DNA from: Sumerlaeia bacterium
GTDB taxonomy: Bacteria > Sumerlaeota > Sumerlaeia > SLMS01 > JAHLLQ01
NCBI GenBank assembly: GCA_040219255.1
Contig: JAVJSW010000068.1
Location: 128,001-192,000, forward strand
Length of the DNA stretch: 64,000 nt
Direction: 5' to 3'
Of the stretch, positions 28,157 to 36,416 are shown piece after piece; positions within the stretch are counted from its first letter, which is position 1, and every line of letters starts with the position of its first letter. Below the pieces are notes generated by a model. That model saw only the letters and a list, made by a program, of their open reading frames with translations, did not search any database and was not told where the DNA came from. The position numbers were made by a program, and so were the translations under genes.

Positions 28157-29329
28157 ATGCCTCATGTTCGCGCCCAAATCAGGAAAAACGTCCTGTTCGC
28201 CGGTGTTCTGTTCATCGGTTGTTTGATGGGGAGTTTCCTGGCCGCCAGCCGTGATGGCGCGGTTGGCTCTGGGATTTCCACGGCTGCGCAGGCCCAGACC
28301 GGCCCCGCCGTGGCCATCGCCCCGGTCGAGCCGCCACGCTCCAAAGCCGCCGCCGTTTATCGCGACGTCGCCGAATCGGTGGTCAGCATCGGCGCCATCA
28401 AGAGCGCCATCGTCTACGATTACGACCCCTATCGCGACTTCTTTCGCAACTTCATGTCGCGGCCCCAGCGCATCCAGCAGCGCACGCCCTACATGGGCAG
28501 CGGCTTTCTGATCGATAAAGAGGGCCACGTCCTGACCAACTTCCACGTGATCGAGGACAGCGACGAAGTCTTCGTGACCCTGATCGACGGCCGCGAAGTG
28601 CCCGCCAAGGTCCTCGACGCGGATCGGTTCATCGACGTGGCGCTGTTGAAGGTGGACGTGCCTTCGGTGGACCTGCCGCAGCCGTTGCCGCTCGGCGACA
28701 GCGACGACCTGCAGATCGGCGAAACGGCGATGGCTCTCGGCAATCCCTTCGGCAATCTGATCGACGACCCACGCCCCACCATCACCCGTGGCGTGGTCAG
28801 CGCCCTGAACCGCACCTTCCGCCCCGACGTGGAGAACATGCGCGTCTACCGCGACATGATCCAGACCGACGCGGCCATCAACCCGGGTAACAGCGGCGGC
28901 CCTCTGGTGAACGACCAAGGCGAGGCGATCGGGGTGAACTCGTTCATCTTCACCCGCGGCGGGGGCAGCAACGGCATCGGCTTCGCCATCCCCATCAACC
29001 GGGTGCGGCAGTTCGTCGACGAGGTTCTGGAATTCGGCCGCATCCGGCCGCTGTCCATCGACTTCAAGGTCGTCGCCGTGCGCAGCCGCGACACGCAGGG
29101 CGTGGCCGTGGTGGACATCGTCCCGGGTGGCGCCGCCGAGGGCGTTGGCCTGGTGGAAGGCGACGTCATTGTGGCGGTGGACGATCAGCGGGTCCTGAGC
29201 ACACGCGATTTTCTGCTACTCCTCGCGGCGCATCAGGTGGGCGACCGGGTGCTCTTCGATGTCTGGAATCAGGGCGAAGTGCGCCAGATCGAGTACACCA
29301 TCACCGAGTACATCGCCCGCCGCGGCTAA
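28157..29329 (+). CDS. HtrA/DegP-family serine protease with PDZ domain
   Basis: GSGFLI, TNFHVI (His), DVALLK (Asp), TDAAINPGNSGGPL (Ser), one C-terminal PDZ; GGAGG RBS. Confidence 0.94.
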   Translation: MPHVRAQIRKNVLFAGVLFIGCLMGSFLAASRDGAVGSGISTAAQAQTGPAVAIAPVEPPRSKAAAVYRDVAESVVSIGAIKSAIVYDYDPYRDFFRNFMSRPQRIQQRTPYMGSGFLIDKEGHVLTNFHVIEDSDEVFVTLIDGREVPAKVLDADRFIDVALLKVDVPSVDLPQPLPLGDSDDLQIGETAMALGNPFGNLIDDPRPTITRGVVSALNRTFRPDVENMRVYRDMIQTDAAINPGNSGGPLVNDQGEAIGVNSFIFTRGGGSNGIGFAIPINRVRQFVDEVLEFGRIRPLSIDFKVVAVRSRDTQGVAVVDIVPGGAAEGVGLVEGDVIVAVDDQRVLSTRDFLLLLAAHQVGDRVLFDVWNQGEVRQIEYTITEYIARRG

Positions 29330-29961
29330 GCGCGCCCCCGCGGTCCGGTCCAGACGAAATCCTGGAACTGGTGCTCGATGCCGAGCTGATCGAGCACCTT
29401 CATCACCATGAAATCGACGATGTCGCCGAGAGACTTGGGTTGGTGGTAGAACCCCGGCATGGCGGGGACGATGCGGGCTCCGGCTTCCGCCAGCAGAGTC
29501 AGGTTGCGCAGGTGGATCAGCGAGAGCGGCGTCTCGCGCGGGACCACGATCAGTCGGCGCCCTTCCTTCAGAAAACAATCGGCGCATCGCGTCAGCAAGT
29601 TGTCCGCGTAGCCATGAGCCATGGCGGCCACGGTCTTCATGCTGGCGGGGATGACGACCATGCCGTGGCTCTTGAAGGTGCCCGAAGCCGGCGCGGCGGC
29701 GATGTCGCGCACGTTGTAAACGCGCACCCGGGCATCGATTTCTTCCTGCGAGAGCGCCAGCCACTCCTTCATTGGCGTCGAAGGGCTGACGCCCTCGATG
29801 CCCAGTTCGGCGGCCATGACCTTCCAGGTGCTCGGCGAGACGAAGAGGTGAACCTCGAAATCCATGCGGACGAGGACCTCGATCAGCCGCGTACCATACA
29901 CGGTGCCCGAGGCTCCGGAAAGTCCGACGACGACGCGTTTGTCTGTGGAGAAATCGGCCAT
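29326..29961 (-). CDS. ubiX: Flavin prenyltransferase UbiX
   Basis: VGLSGASG, ASGTF, PASMKT, DNLLTRCAD, PRETPL, PAMPGFY. Confidence 0.94.
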   Translation of the reverse strand: MADFSTDKRVVVGLSGASGTVYGTRLIEVLVRMDFEVHLFVSPSTWKVMAAELGIEGVSPSTPMKEWLALSQEEIDARVRVYNVRDIAAAPASGTFKSHGMVVIPASMKTVAAMAHGYADNLLTRCADCFLKEGRRLIVVPRETPLSLIHLRNLTLLAEAGARIVPAMPGFYHQPKSLGDIVDFMVMKVLDQLGIEHQFQDFVWTGPRGRA

Positions 29962-30237
29962 GGAGGTGCCTTTCTGTGTCGCACGGGCATTCTGTGTAGC
30001 ATGGCCGTCTCGGCCATGACCAGCGACGCTTCCACTCCCGGAGCCGCCGCTTGGTCCCCGCTCTGCTGAGAGCCGCGCTCCGCAATGGGAAACCGGCGTG
30101 GGACGGAGGTGGCGGGTCACGGCCGGGACGGCCGCGCTCCCTTCAGGCTCCGCGCCTTGAAGCCGAGGAGCAAGCGCCGAGCCTAAGAATGCCGGATGGA
30201 CTTGAGCCCGTTCTTTCTTCACCGCAGACTCCGCCTC

Positions 30238-30879
30238 ATGTCGATCTTTCGCTCCGGCCAGCCTTCCAATCCGTTCGCGACCCGCCATTGGGGGCCGGGG
30301 AATGTGACGTTCCTGTTTCCCGAGGGCGAGTCACTCGACGGCCTCCTGGCGCGGCTGGACGAGGCGGGCTGGCACGCCGAGCTGGTCGGCGATCATGGCG
30401 TCGGGAAATCGACGTTGCTGGCGACCTTGCGCGAAGCGGCGGAGGCGCGGGGTTGGCCCGTGCTGTGGTGCAAGATGCGCCAGGTCTCGCCCCGCCTGCC
30501 CTGGGGCTGGCAGTGGCGGTGGAGGCGGGCGCGGGTGGTTTTTCTCGACAGCGGCGAATTGCTGCCCGGCCGGCAGTGGCGGGCGCTGGCGCGCTGGGCG
30601 ACGCGCGGAGGGCGGGGGTTGGTGGTGACGCTGCACGCGCCGAAGGACTGGGGGCTGCGGGTGGATCTGGCGCCGCGGGCGGAGACCTTCGCGGCGCTTC
30701 TCAGCCACCTCCTCCGGCGACCCATTGCCCAGCAAGCCGCCGCCCGGTGGCTCGAAAAACACGCCACGCCGCGTCAGGCTTTGTTTGCGCTCTATGAGGC
30801 CTATGAGGAGGATGCTGCCGTGACCTTGGCGGATTTGACCGCACCGAGACCGCACCGAGAGGAGCCCCCGACGCCATGA
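30238..30879 (+). CDS. Small P-loop NTPase (hypothetical)
   Basis: Walker A GDHGVGKST, Walker B VVFLDSGE, LVVTLH. Confidence 0.78.
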   Translation: MSIFRSGQPSNPFATRHWGPGNVTFLFPEGESLDGLLARLDEAGWHAELVGDHGVGKSTLLATLREAAEARGWPVLWCKMRQVSPRLPWGWQWRWRRARVVFLDSGELLPGRQWRALARWATRGGRGLVVTLHAPKDWGLRVDLAPRAETFAALLSHLLRRPIAQQAAARWLEKHATPRQALFALYEAYEEDAAVTLADLTAPRPHREEPPTP

Positions 30880-31355
30880 CGCCGAACGATACTTTGCTGG
30901 AAGCCGCCCGTAGTGGCGACATCGGGGCGTTGCGCGCGGCCCTGGCCCAGGGCGCCAACCGGGTGGTACTGAACGCGGCGAAGAGCATCGCCATCGAACA
31001 CGGCCACGGCTTGGCGGTGGAATACCTGCTCGAGCACGGAGCGGAATTGCAGCAGAACGATCTGTTCCTGATTTCGCTGCTGGGGGACGAAGAGGCGGCC
31101 TGCGAGGTGGCGCGGGCGGTCCTGCGGGCGGGGGGGGATATCAACCGCTCCTTCGACGGCCACCCGCGCACGGCGCTGCACGCGGCGGTGGTGGCGGATA
31201 AGCCGGTGCTGGCGAAGTTCCTCCTGGAGAACGGCGCCGACATCCGCCCCGGCACGGAGCACGCGGCCGAACTGATGCGCCTGACCTCGCCGAAATCCGA
31301 GCTGCGAGCCATCCTGCTGGACGCGATGGAATCGGAGGCCGCCGGGTCCCCATGA
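30876..31355 (+). CDS. Ankyrin repeat protein
   Basis: LLEAARSGD, VEYLLEHGA, TALHAAV...AKFLLENGADI; ATGA overlaps on both sides. Confidence 0.88.
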   Translation: MTPNDTLLEAARSGDIGALRAALAQGANRVVLNAAKSIAIEHGHGLAVEYLLEHGAELQQNDLFLISLLGDEEAACEVARAVLRAGGDINRSFDGHPRTALHAAVVADKPVLAKFLLENGADIRPGTEHAAELMRLTSPKSELRAILLDAMESEAAGSP

Positions 31356-32074
31356 AGCCCATCCGCAAACGCCGCCCACCCGAAGATTTCGCCGAGAGGC
31401 GCGGCGATCATCCCCATGTGGAATGGGAAAGCCGCGCCTTCAAGACGAAGGTGAAACGTTCCCTGCGGCACAAACTGGTCGAGGAGCAGGGCTTCATCTG
31501 CTGCTACTGCAACGGCCGCATCACCGAGGCGACGAGCCACGTGGAGCACCTGAAGCCCCGCAGCCTGTTTCCCGAACTGGACTTGTCGTACTGGAACCTG
31601 CTGGCGTCCTGCGGCGGATCGCGGTCCGAGCAGGGGCTGAAGAACGCGCCCATTCATTGTGGTCCGGCCAAGGGCAACTGGTACGACGAGGAGCAGTTCG
31701 TCTCGCCCCTGATGCGCGATTGCCGGCGGTATTTCCGGTTCCTGGCCTCGGGCCAGATCGAACCCGCACCAGGCCTCTCGCCGGAGGAAAAATCCCGCGC
31801 CGCCACGACGATCGAAATCCTGCGGCTGAATCATCCCTCCCTGGTGCGGCGGCGGGGCGAGGCGCTGCGGGTGCTGACGATGATGGCGAGGGACGTGATG
31901 CGGGGCAAGCTGACGGCGGAGGAGCTGGCGCGGCGGGCCTCGCTCTGGACCAAGCGCGACCGCCAGGGGCGCTACGCGGAATTCACCACGGCGCTCGTGT
32001 ACCTGTGGGCACGGGTGATCGGCCCGAGGCTGATGGCGCCAAAGGCGAAGCGGGAAAGGGCTCCGGCTTCCTGA
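31352..32074 (+). CDS. HNH endonuclease, TIGR02646 / PtuB-like (retron/Septu-associated type)
   Basis: MKPIRK..P, LVEEQGFICCYC, HVEHLKP, LSYWNLLASC, HCGPAKG, TIEILRLN. Confidence 0.88.
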   Translation: MKPIRKRRPPEDFAERRGDHPHVEWESRAFKTKVKRSLRHKLVEEQGFICCYCNGRITEATSHVEHLKPRSLFPELDLSYWNLLASCGGSRSEQGLKNAPIHCGPAKGNWYDEEQFVSPLMRDCRRYFRFLASGQIEPAPGLSPEEKSRAATTIEILRLNHPSLVRRRGEALRVLTMMARDVMRGKLTAEELARRASLWTKRDRQGRYAEFTTALVYLWARVIGPRLMAPKAKRERAPAS

Positions 32075-32158
32075 GGGCTGGAACTTCTTGCGCGATGGGC
32101 CCAACCGCGTTTCCCTAACTCCAGTCTCGTAGAAAACGAAGCCGCTCTGGAGTTTCTC

Positions 32159-34813
32159 ATGTCGCGCACAAAGACATTCGTCGTCCTCGGATTGCTGTTG
32201 TTGGTGAGCGCCGCCGCCTTGGTGGCCGTGGTGTTCTCGACGGGTGAAGCCCTCCTCACCGCCAATCCCGGAGCAGGCGACAACGCCGCCTCGGTCGGCA
32301 CCACAGCCAGCGACACCAACGAGGAAGCGGCCCGGCGCGGCGCAGAGGCCCAGCGCGCGGAAGCCGAAGTCTATGACGCCGCCGCCGCGGCGGGCAACGT
32401 AGCGGAGGCGGACAGAAACGGCATCTTTCCCGCCGGGGGCGAGCGCGGGCGGCTCGGCGATTTGGCGGGCGGCGCGGGCTCGGGCTCCGGCGGCGGGGCG
32501 CTGGGGACGGATGGAACCTCAACCGATACAGTGACGCAGAAGGCCGAGCCCGTCGCCTTTGCCGGAGTCGTCATCACCGATACGGGCCGGCCGGTCGAGG
32601 GCTCCCGCGTCACCCTTGCCGTGCCGCCTGGCGAGGCGGGGCTCGACCTGTCAGGCGTTTCGCCGTCGCTTGGTGAGGAAACCGGCTCCGATGGCTCGTT
32701 CGCCTTTCGCGGGATTCGGGGCGCGGGGAGCCTGTCCGTCACCATCCAGCCCCCCGCCGATTGGTTCGTGTCCCAGGTGATGGCCATGTCGATGCAGATC
32801 ACCCCCGGCCGCGACATCACCGGCGCAAAGTACGTCCTGGAGGACGGCGACCTGTTCGAAGGCGTTGTCTTGAACGAGGAGGACGTGGCGATTCAGGGCG
32901 CGGCGCTCTCGACCACCCTCCGGGGCACGACGCCAGTGAAGACGGACAAGCAAGGCTATTTCGCCGTGCGGGTTCAGCGGGGTCAGACGCTGCCGGCGCT
33001 GACGGCGTCGCACCCGGATTACGAAGCCGAGGAGCGTCTGAACGTGGGCGCCTTCGATGGCTTTCAGACGTTCCGCCTGCGCCGCGACAGCGACGCCGAA
33101 CTGGTGGTGACTTGGGCGTACGATGGGTCGCCGGTGATGTTCTATTCGTACAAGCTTCTGCAGCTCGGACCGACGGGACGGTTTGTGCTGACGGACCGGC
33201 GGGAAACCGAAGTGGAAACCCGGGACGGCCGCACGGCGCTGCCCGATCTGCCGAGCGACGATTACCGCGCCGAGATCACCGTGATGAACCCGGAGGGCGG
33301 GGCTTCGGACATTCGCGGCATGGCGGAGTTCACCCTGGAAGCGGGCAAGAGCCTGGAAGTCCCGGTCTCGATCACGGTGGAGCGCGCTCTGACGGGCCGC
33401 GTGATCCAGGGCGAAGGCGGTCCGCCGGTGCCGGGGGTCGAGGTGGAGTTCCTGCCGCCGAGCGCGGGCTTCAACAACCGGCCCCAGCTCGACGCGGCCC
33501 TGATGATTCCGCCGGTGGTGACGGACGCCCAGGGCGCGTTCTCTGTCGATGGCGTGCCGCCGGGAACCTACGGCATCAAAGTCGAGGCCGACGGCTGGCG
33601 AACGGCCCAGGCTTTCGACATCACCATGCCCTATGAAGGCGAGCCCGAGCCGGTGGACATCGTGCTCTCGCCGCAAGGCGTGATCTTTGGCACCGTGACA
33701 CAGGCCGACGGCACGCCGGGGGCGGGATGGCGGGTCAATCTGGCGGTGCAGCGCCTGGATGCGGACGGCTGGACTTGGAGCGGCGCCGAGACGGATGAGA
33801 CGGGGGCCTACCGCATCGAGAACCTGCCCGCCGGAATGCACTGGCTCTATTTGAATCGCGGTGAAGGCAACGCGGTGGCGCAGAAGCGCTACGACCTGAC
33901 CCCCGGCGAAGAAGCGGAGCTGTCCTTCGATCTCGGCGAGGGCGTCACTGTCACGGGCCAGATCACCGTCGGTGGTCAAATACCCAATAATCCGAGCATC
34001 AACCTGTCGTTTGGCAGCGAAACCGTCCGCACGACGAAGCAGGCCCAGGTTGACCCGACGGGGGCCTACTCGGCGGTGCTGTCGCCCGGGCGTTGGGTTC
34101 CCGCCATCAACGTCCCCGGCGTGAACACAACGGGGACGCATCCGGCATTCGACATTCCCGAGGGCGTGACAGCCTTTCAGCAAGACTTCGACATCAGCAG
34201 CGCGTCGGCCGACGTCCTGCTGGTTTTCGCGGAGGGCGAAACCTTCGCCGCGGGCCAGGTGGCGATTTCCCCGCGCGACCGATTTCTGCGCCACAATTTC
34301 CTCCGCATCCGCGCCAACCAGGAAAACCGCCACGTCCCCGATATGGTGCCAGGAGAATACAAGGCGACCTTTACCTCCTTCGACAAGCAATGGACTGGCG
34401 AAACCGATTGGGTCACCATCGGCGAGGGCGAGGAGAACGTGTTCGTGATCGACGTGGAACGGCGCGCTGCGGGGGTTCTGGTAGGGGAATACGGGCCGGA
34501 CGATCTCTCGATGGCGGAATTCCGGCCGGTGCGCTTCGCCCTCGGCGAATTGCCCGCGGACGGTGCCACGGCGGAATTCCTCGTCACCTACATCAAAGGC
34601 CGGCACGCCATCGAAATCGGCGGCGCGCGGTTGTTGTCCGGCGGACAAGTCATCGCCCAGGACAACCACCCCGGATGGAGCGGCGCCGACCAGTGGAACA
34701 ACACCTACCGTCTGCCCCTCGGCAACGCCCGCGAGGGGCTTCAACTGGAGGTGGACCTGCGCAGCGACGGCGGCACGGATTCGCACGGGGCGGTTTATCT
34801 GACGGTGAGGTAG
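32159..34813 (+). CDS. Large membrane-anchored protein with carboxypeptidase-regulatory-like (prealbumin-like) repeats
   Basis: N-terminal TM; repeated G.V....G.P..G..V...T..DG.F modules (TGSDGSF, TDKQGYF, TDAQGAF, TDETGAY); C-terminal beta-sandwich. Confidence 0.82.
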   Translation: MSRTKTFVVLGLLLLVSAAALVAVVFSTGEALLTANPGAGDNAASVGTTASDTNEEAARRGAEAQRAEAEVYDAAAAAGNVAEADRNGIFPAGGERGRLGDLAGGAGSGSGGGALGTDGTSTDTVTQKAEPVAFAGVVITDTGRPVEGSRVTLAVPPGEAGLDLSGVSPSLGEETGSDGSFAFRGIRGAGSLSVTIQPPADWFVSQVMAMSMQITPGRDITGAKYVLEDGDLFEGVVLNEEDVAIQGAALSTTLRGTTPVKTDKQGYFAVRVQRGQTLPALTASHPDYEAEERLNVGAFDGFQTFRLRRDSDAELVVTWAYDGSPVMFYSYKLLQLGPTGRFVLTDRRETEVETRDGRTALPDLPSDDYRAEITVMNPEGGASDIRGMAEFTLEAGKSLEVPVSITVERALTGRVIQGEGGPPVPGVEVEFLPPSAGFNNRPQLDAALMIPPVVTDAQGAFSVDGVPPGTYGIKVEADGWRTAQAFDITMPYEGEPEPVDIVLSPQGVIFGTVTQADGTPGAGWRVNLAVQRLDADGWTWSGAETDETGAYRIENLPAGMHWLYLNRGEGNAVAQKRYDLTPGEEAELSFDLGEGVTVTGQITVGGQIPNNPSINLSFGSETVRTTKQAQVDPTGAYSAVLSPGRWVPAINVPGVNTTGTHPAFDIPEGVTAFQQDFDISSASADVLLVFAEGETFAAGQVAISPRDRFLRHNFLRIRANQENRHVPDMVPGEYKATFTSFDKQWTGETDWVTIGEGEENVFVIDVERRAAGVLVGEYGPDDLSMAEFRPVRFALGELPADGATAEFLVTYIKGRHAIEIGGARLLSGGQVIAQDNHPGWSGADQWNNTYRLPLGNAREGLQLEVDLRSDGGTDSHGAVYLTVR

Positions 34814-34867
34814 AGGGCGGAAACGGGTTGCCGGGAGGGAAGAACGTCGGGGTACGGCGGAGAGTCC

Positions 34868-35986
34868 CTACACCGCGAGGCCGCGCTTTTTCAATTCTCC
34901 GAAGGCCGCATCGACGGAGTCTTCGGCCTCCTGGGCGGCGAGCCATTCGGCCAGTTCTTCGATGCCGCGCTCCAGGGTCACTTGCGGCTCGAAGCCGAGG
35001 GTGGCGCGGGCTTTGGCGATGTCGGCGAAGCAGTGGCGGATGTCGCCGACGCGGTACTTGCCGGTGATCTCGGGCGAGAGGTCCTCGCGCCCGAGGACCC
35101 GGGCCAGGGTTTCTGCGATTTCCCGGATGGTGTAGGGCCGGCCCGAGCCGATGTTGAAGACTTCGCCGCCGACGCCGGGGCACTCGAGGGCGAGGCGGCA
35201 GGCGCGGGCGATGTCGTGGACCGAGACGAAATCCCGGCGCTGTTCGCCGTCCTCGAACACGAGCGGCGCCCGCCCGTTCAGGAGCCGCGACGCGAAGATC
35301 GCCAGCACACCGGTGTAGGGATTCGACAGGGCTTGGCGCGTGCCGAAGACGTTGAAGAACCGCAGCGCCACCGAGGGAATTCCATAGGCCCGGCCGGTCA
35401 TCAGGCACAGCCGCTCCTGATCGTATTTCGACAGGGCGTACACCGACGACAAATCCGGCTGCTTGGATTCGGGGGTGGGCAGGGGCTCGAGCGGCTGATT
35501 GTCCGGTCCGAGCGGCTCCCACTGACCCGCCTTGAGTTGGGCGGACGAACGGCCGGCGGCGTGGACCAATTGGCCGCCGTGCTCGCGGTAGAGGCCTTCG
35601 CCGTACACGCTCATGCTCGACGCCACGACGAGGCGCTCGACGGGGCGGTCGATGAGGGCTTCCAGCAGAACCGCCGTACCGATGTTGTTGACCGAGGTGT
35701 AGTGCTCGATTTCGTACATGCTTTGGCCGACGCCGACCGCCGCGGCGAGATGCACGACCGCGCTGATGCCGTCGAGGGCGCGGCGCACGGCATCCCGGTC
35801 GCGGACGTCGCCGTGAATGAATTCGACGTCTTTGGCGAGGTAGGCGGGCGGCTGGCCGCTGTCGCCGTGGACCTGGGGAATCAGGCAGTCCAGGACCCGA
35901 ACCCCGTAACCGGATTCCAGCAATTGGTCGGCGAGGTGCGAACCGATGAAGCCCGCTCCTCCGGTAATCAGTACTCTTTGTTTCAT
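34868..35986 (-). CDS. NAD-dependent epimerase/dehydratase (extended SDR)
   Basis: ITGGAGFIG, HLAAAVGVGQSMY, YALSK, RFFNVFG, RDFVSV. Confidence 0.93.
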   Translation of the reverse strand: MKQRVLITGGAGFIGSHLADQLLESGYGVRVLDCLIPQVHGDSGQPPAYLAKDVEFIHGDVRDRDAVRRALDGISAVVHLAAAVGVGQSMYEIEHYTSVNNIGTAVLLEALIDRPVERLVVASSMSVYGEGLYREHGGQLVHAAGRSSAQLKAGQWEPLGPDNQPLEPLPTPESKQPDLSSVYALSKYDQERLCLMTGRAYGIPSVALRFFNVFGTRQALSNPYTGVLAIFASRLLNGRAPLVFEDGEQRRDFVSVHDIARACRLALECPGVGGEVFNIGSGRPYTIREIAETLARVLGREDLSPEITGKYRVGDIRHCFADIAKARATLGFEPQVTLERGIEELAEWLAAQEAEDSVDAAFGELKKRGLAV

Positions 35987-36359
35987 AACGATATTCTGAG
36001 AGTCCTTTGAATCGGGAAGACGAGCAGAGTCTGGCAAAATTCTCGGCACCGCGAACGATACGCGAGGATAATGCCGAAGGCGGCTTCGGCAACTGCCGAC
36101 ACTTCTTCGGCAGCAGGATGAACCGCTCAGCCGAACGGGAATGATGCTGCCTCGCAAATCATTGTACAGACTAGGTTTGTTGAGCCTGTAGGGCCGACCG
36201 GCGAGGTGGCGCGGAACCTGTTACTCATCTCCGGAGCCGCCCGCGCCGGAAGAGCCCGCGTGTCGACAGGCGATTGTTTTTCCAAATTGCACGCACAGCG
36301 TGAACAGCGCCGTGCTTATCTTCTCTCTATGTAGAAGTGCCGCGAATATCCATACATCA

Positions 36360-36389
36360 TGGAGATGGCCGGGATCGAACCCGAGCCTC
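36360..36389 (-). other. Degenerate tmRNA/tRNA 3'-end-like fragment
   Basis: Minus strand reads GGCTCGGGTTCGATCCCGGCCATCTCCA (T-loop plus acceptor 3' strand); T-stem mispaired, no CCA, no 5' half. Confidence 0.4.
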
Positions 36390-36416
36390 GGATAACGATC
36401 AGTGAAAGTGACGCCT

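Noticed and set aside
30000-32160. Retron or canonical Septu system around the HNH gene
   Set aside because: No reverse transcriptase, no recognisable msr/msd, and the ATPase is too small and lacks an ABC signature to be PtuA.
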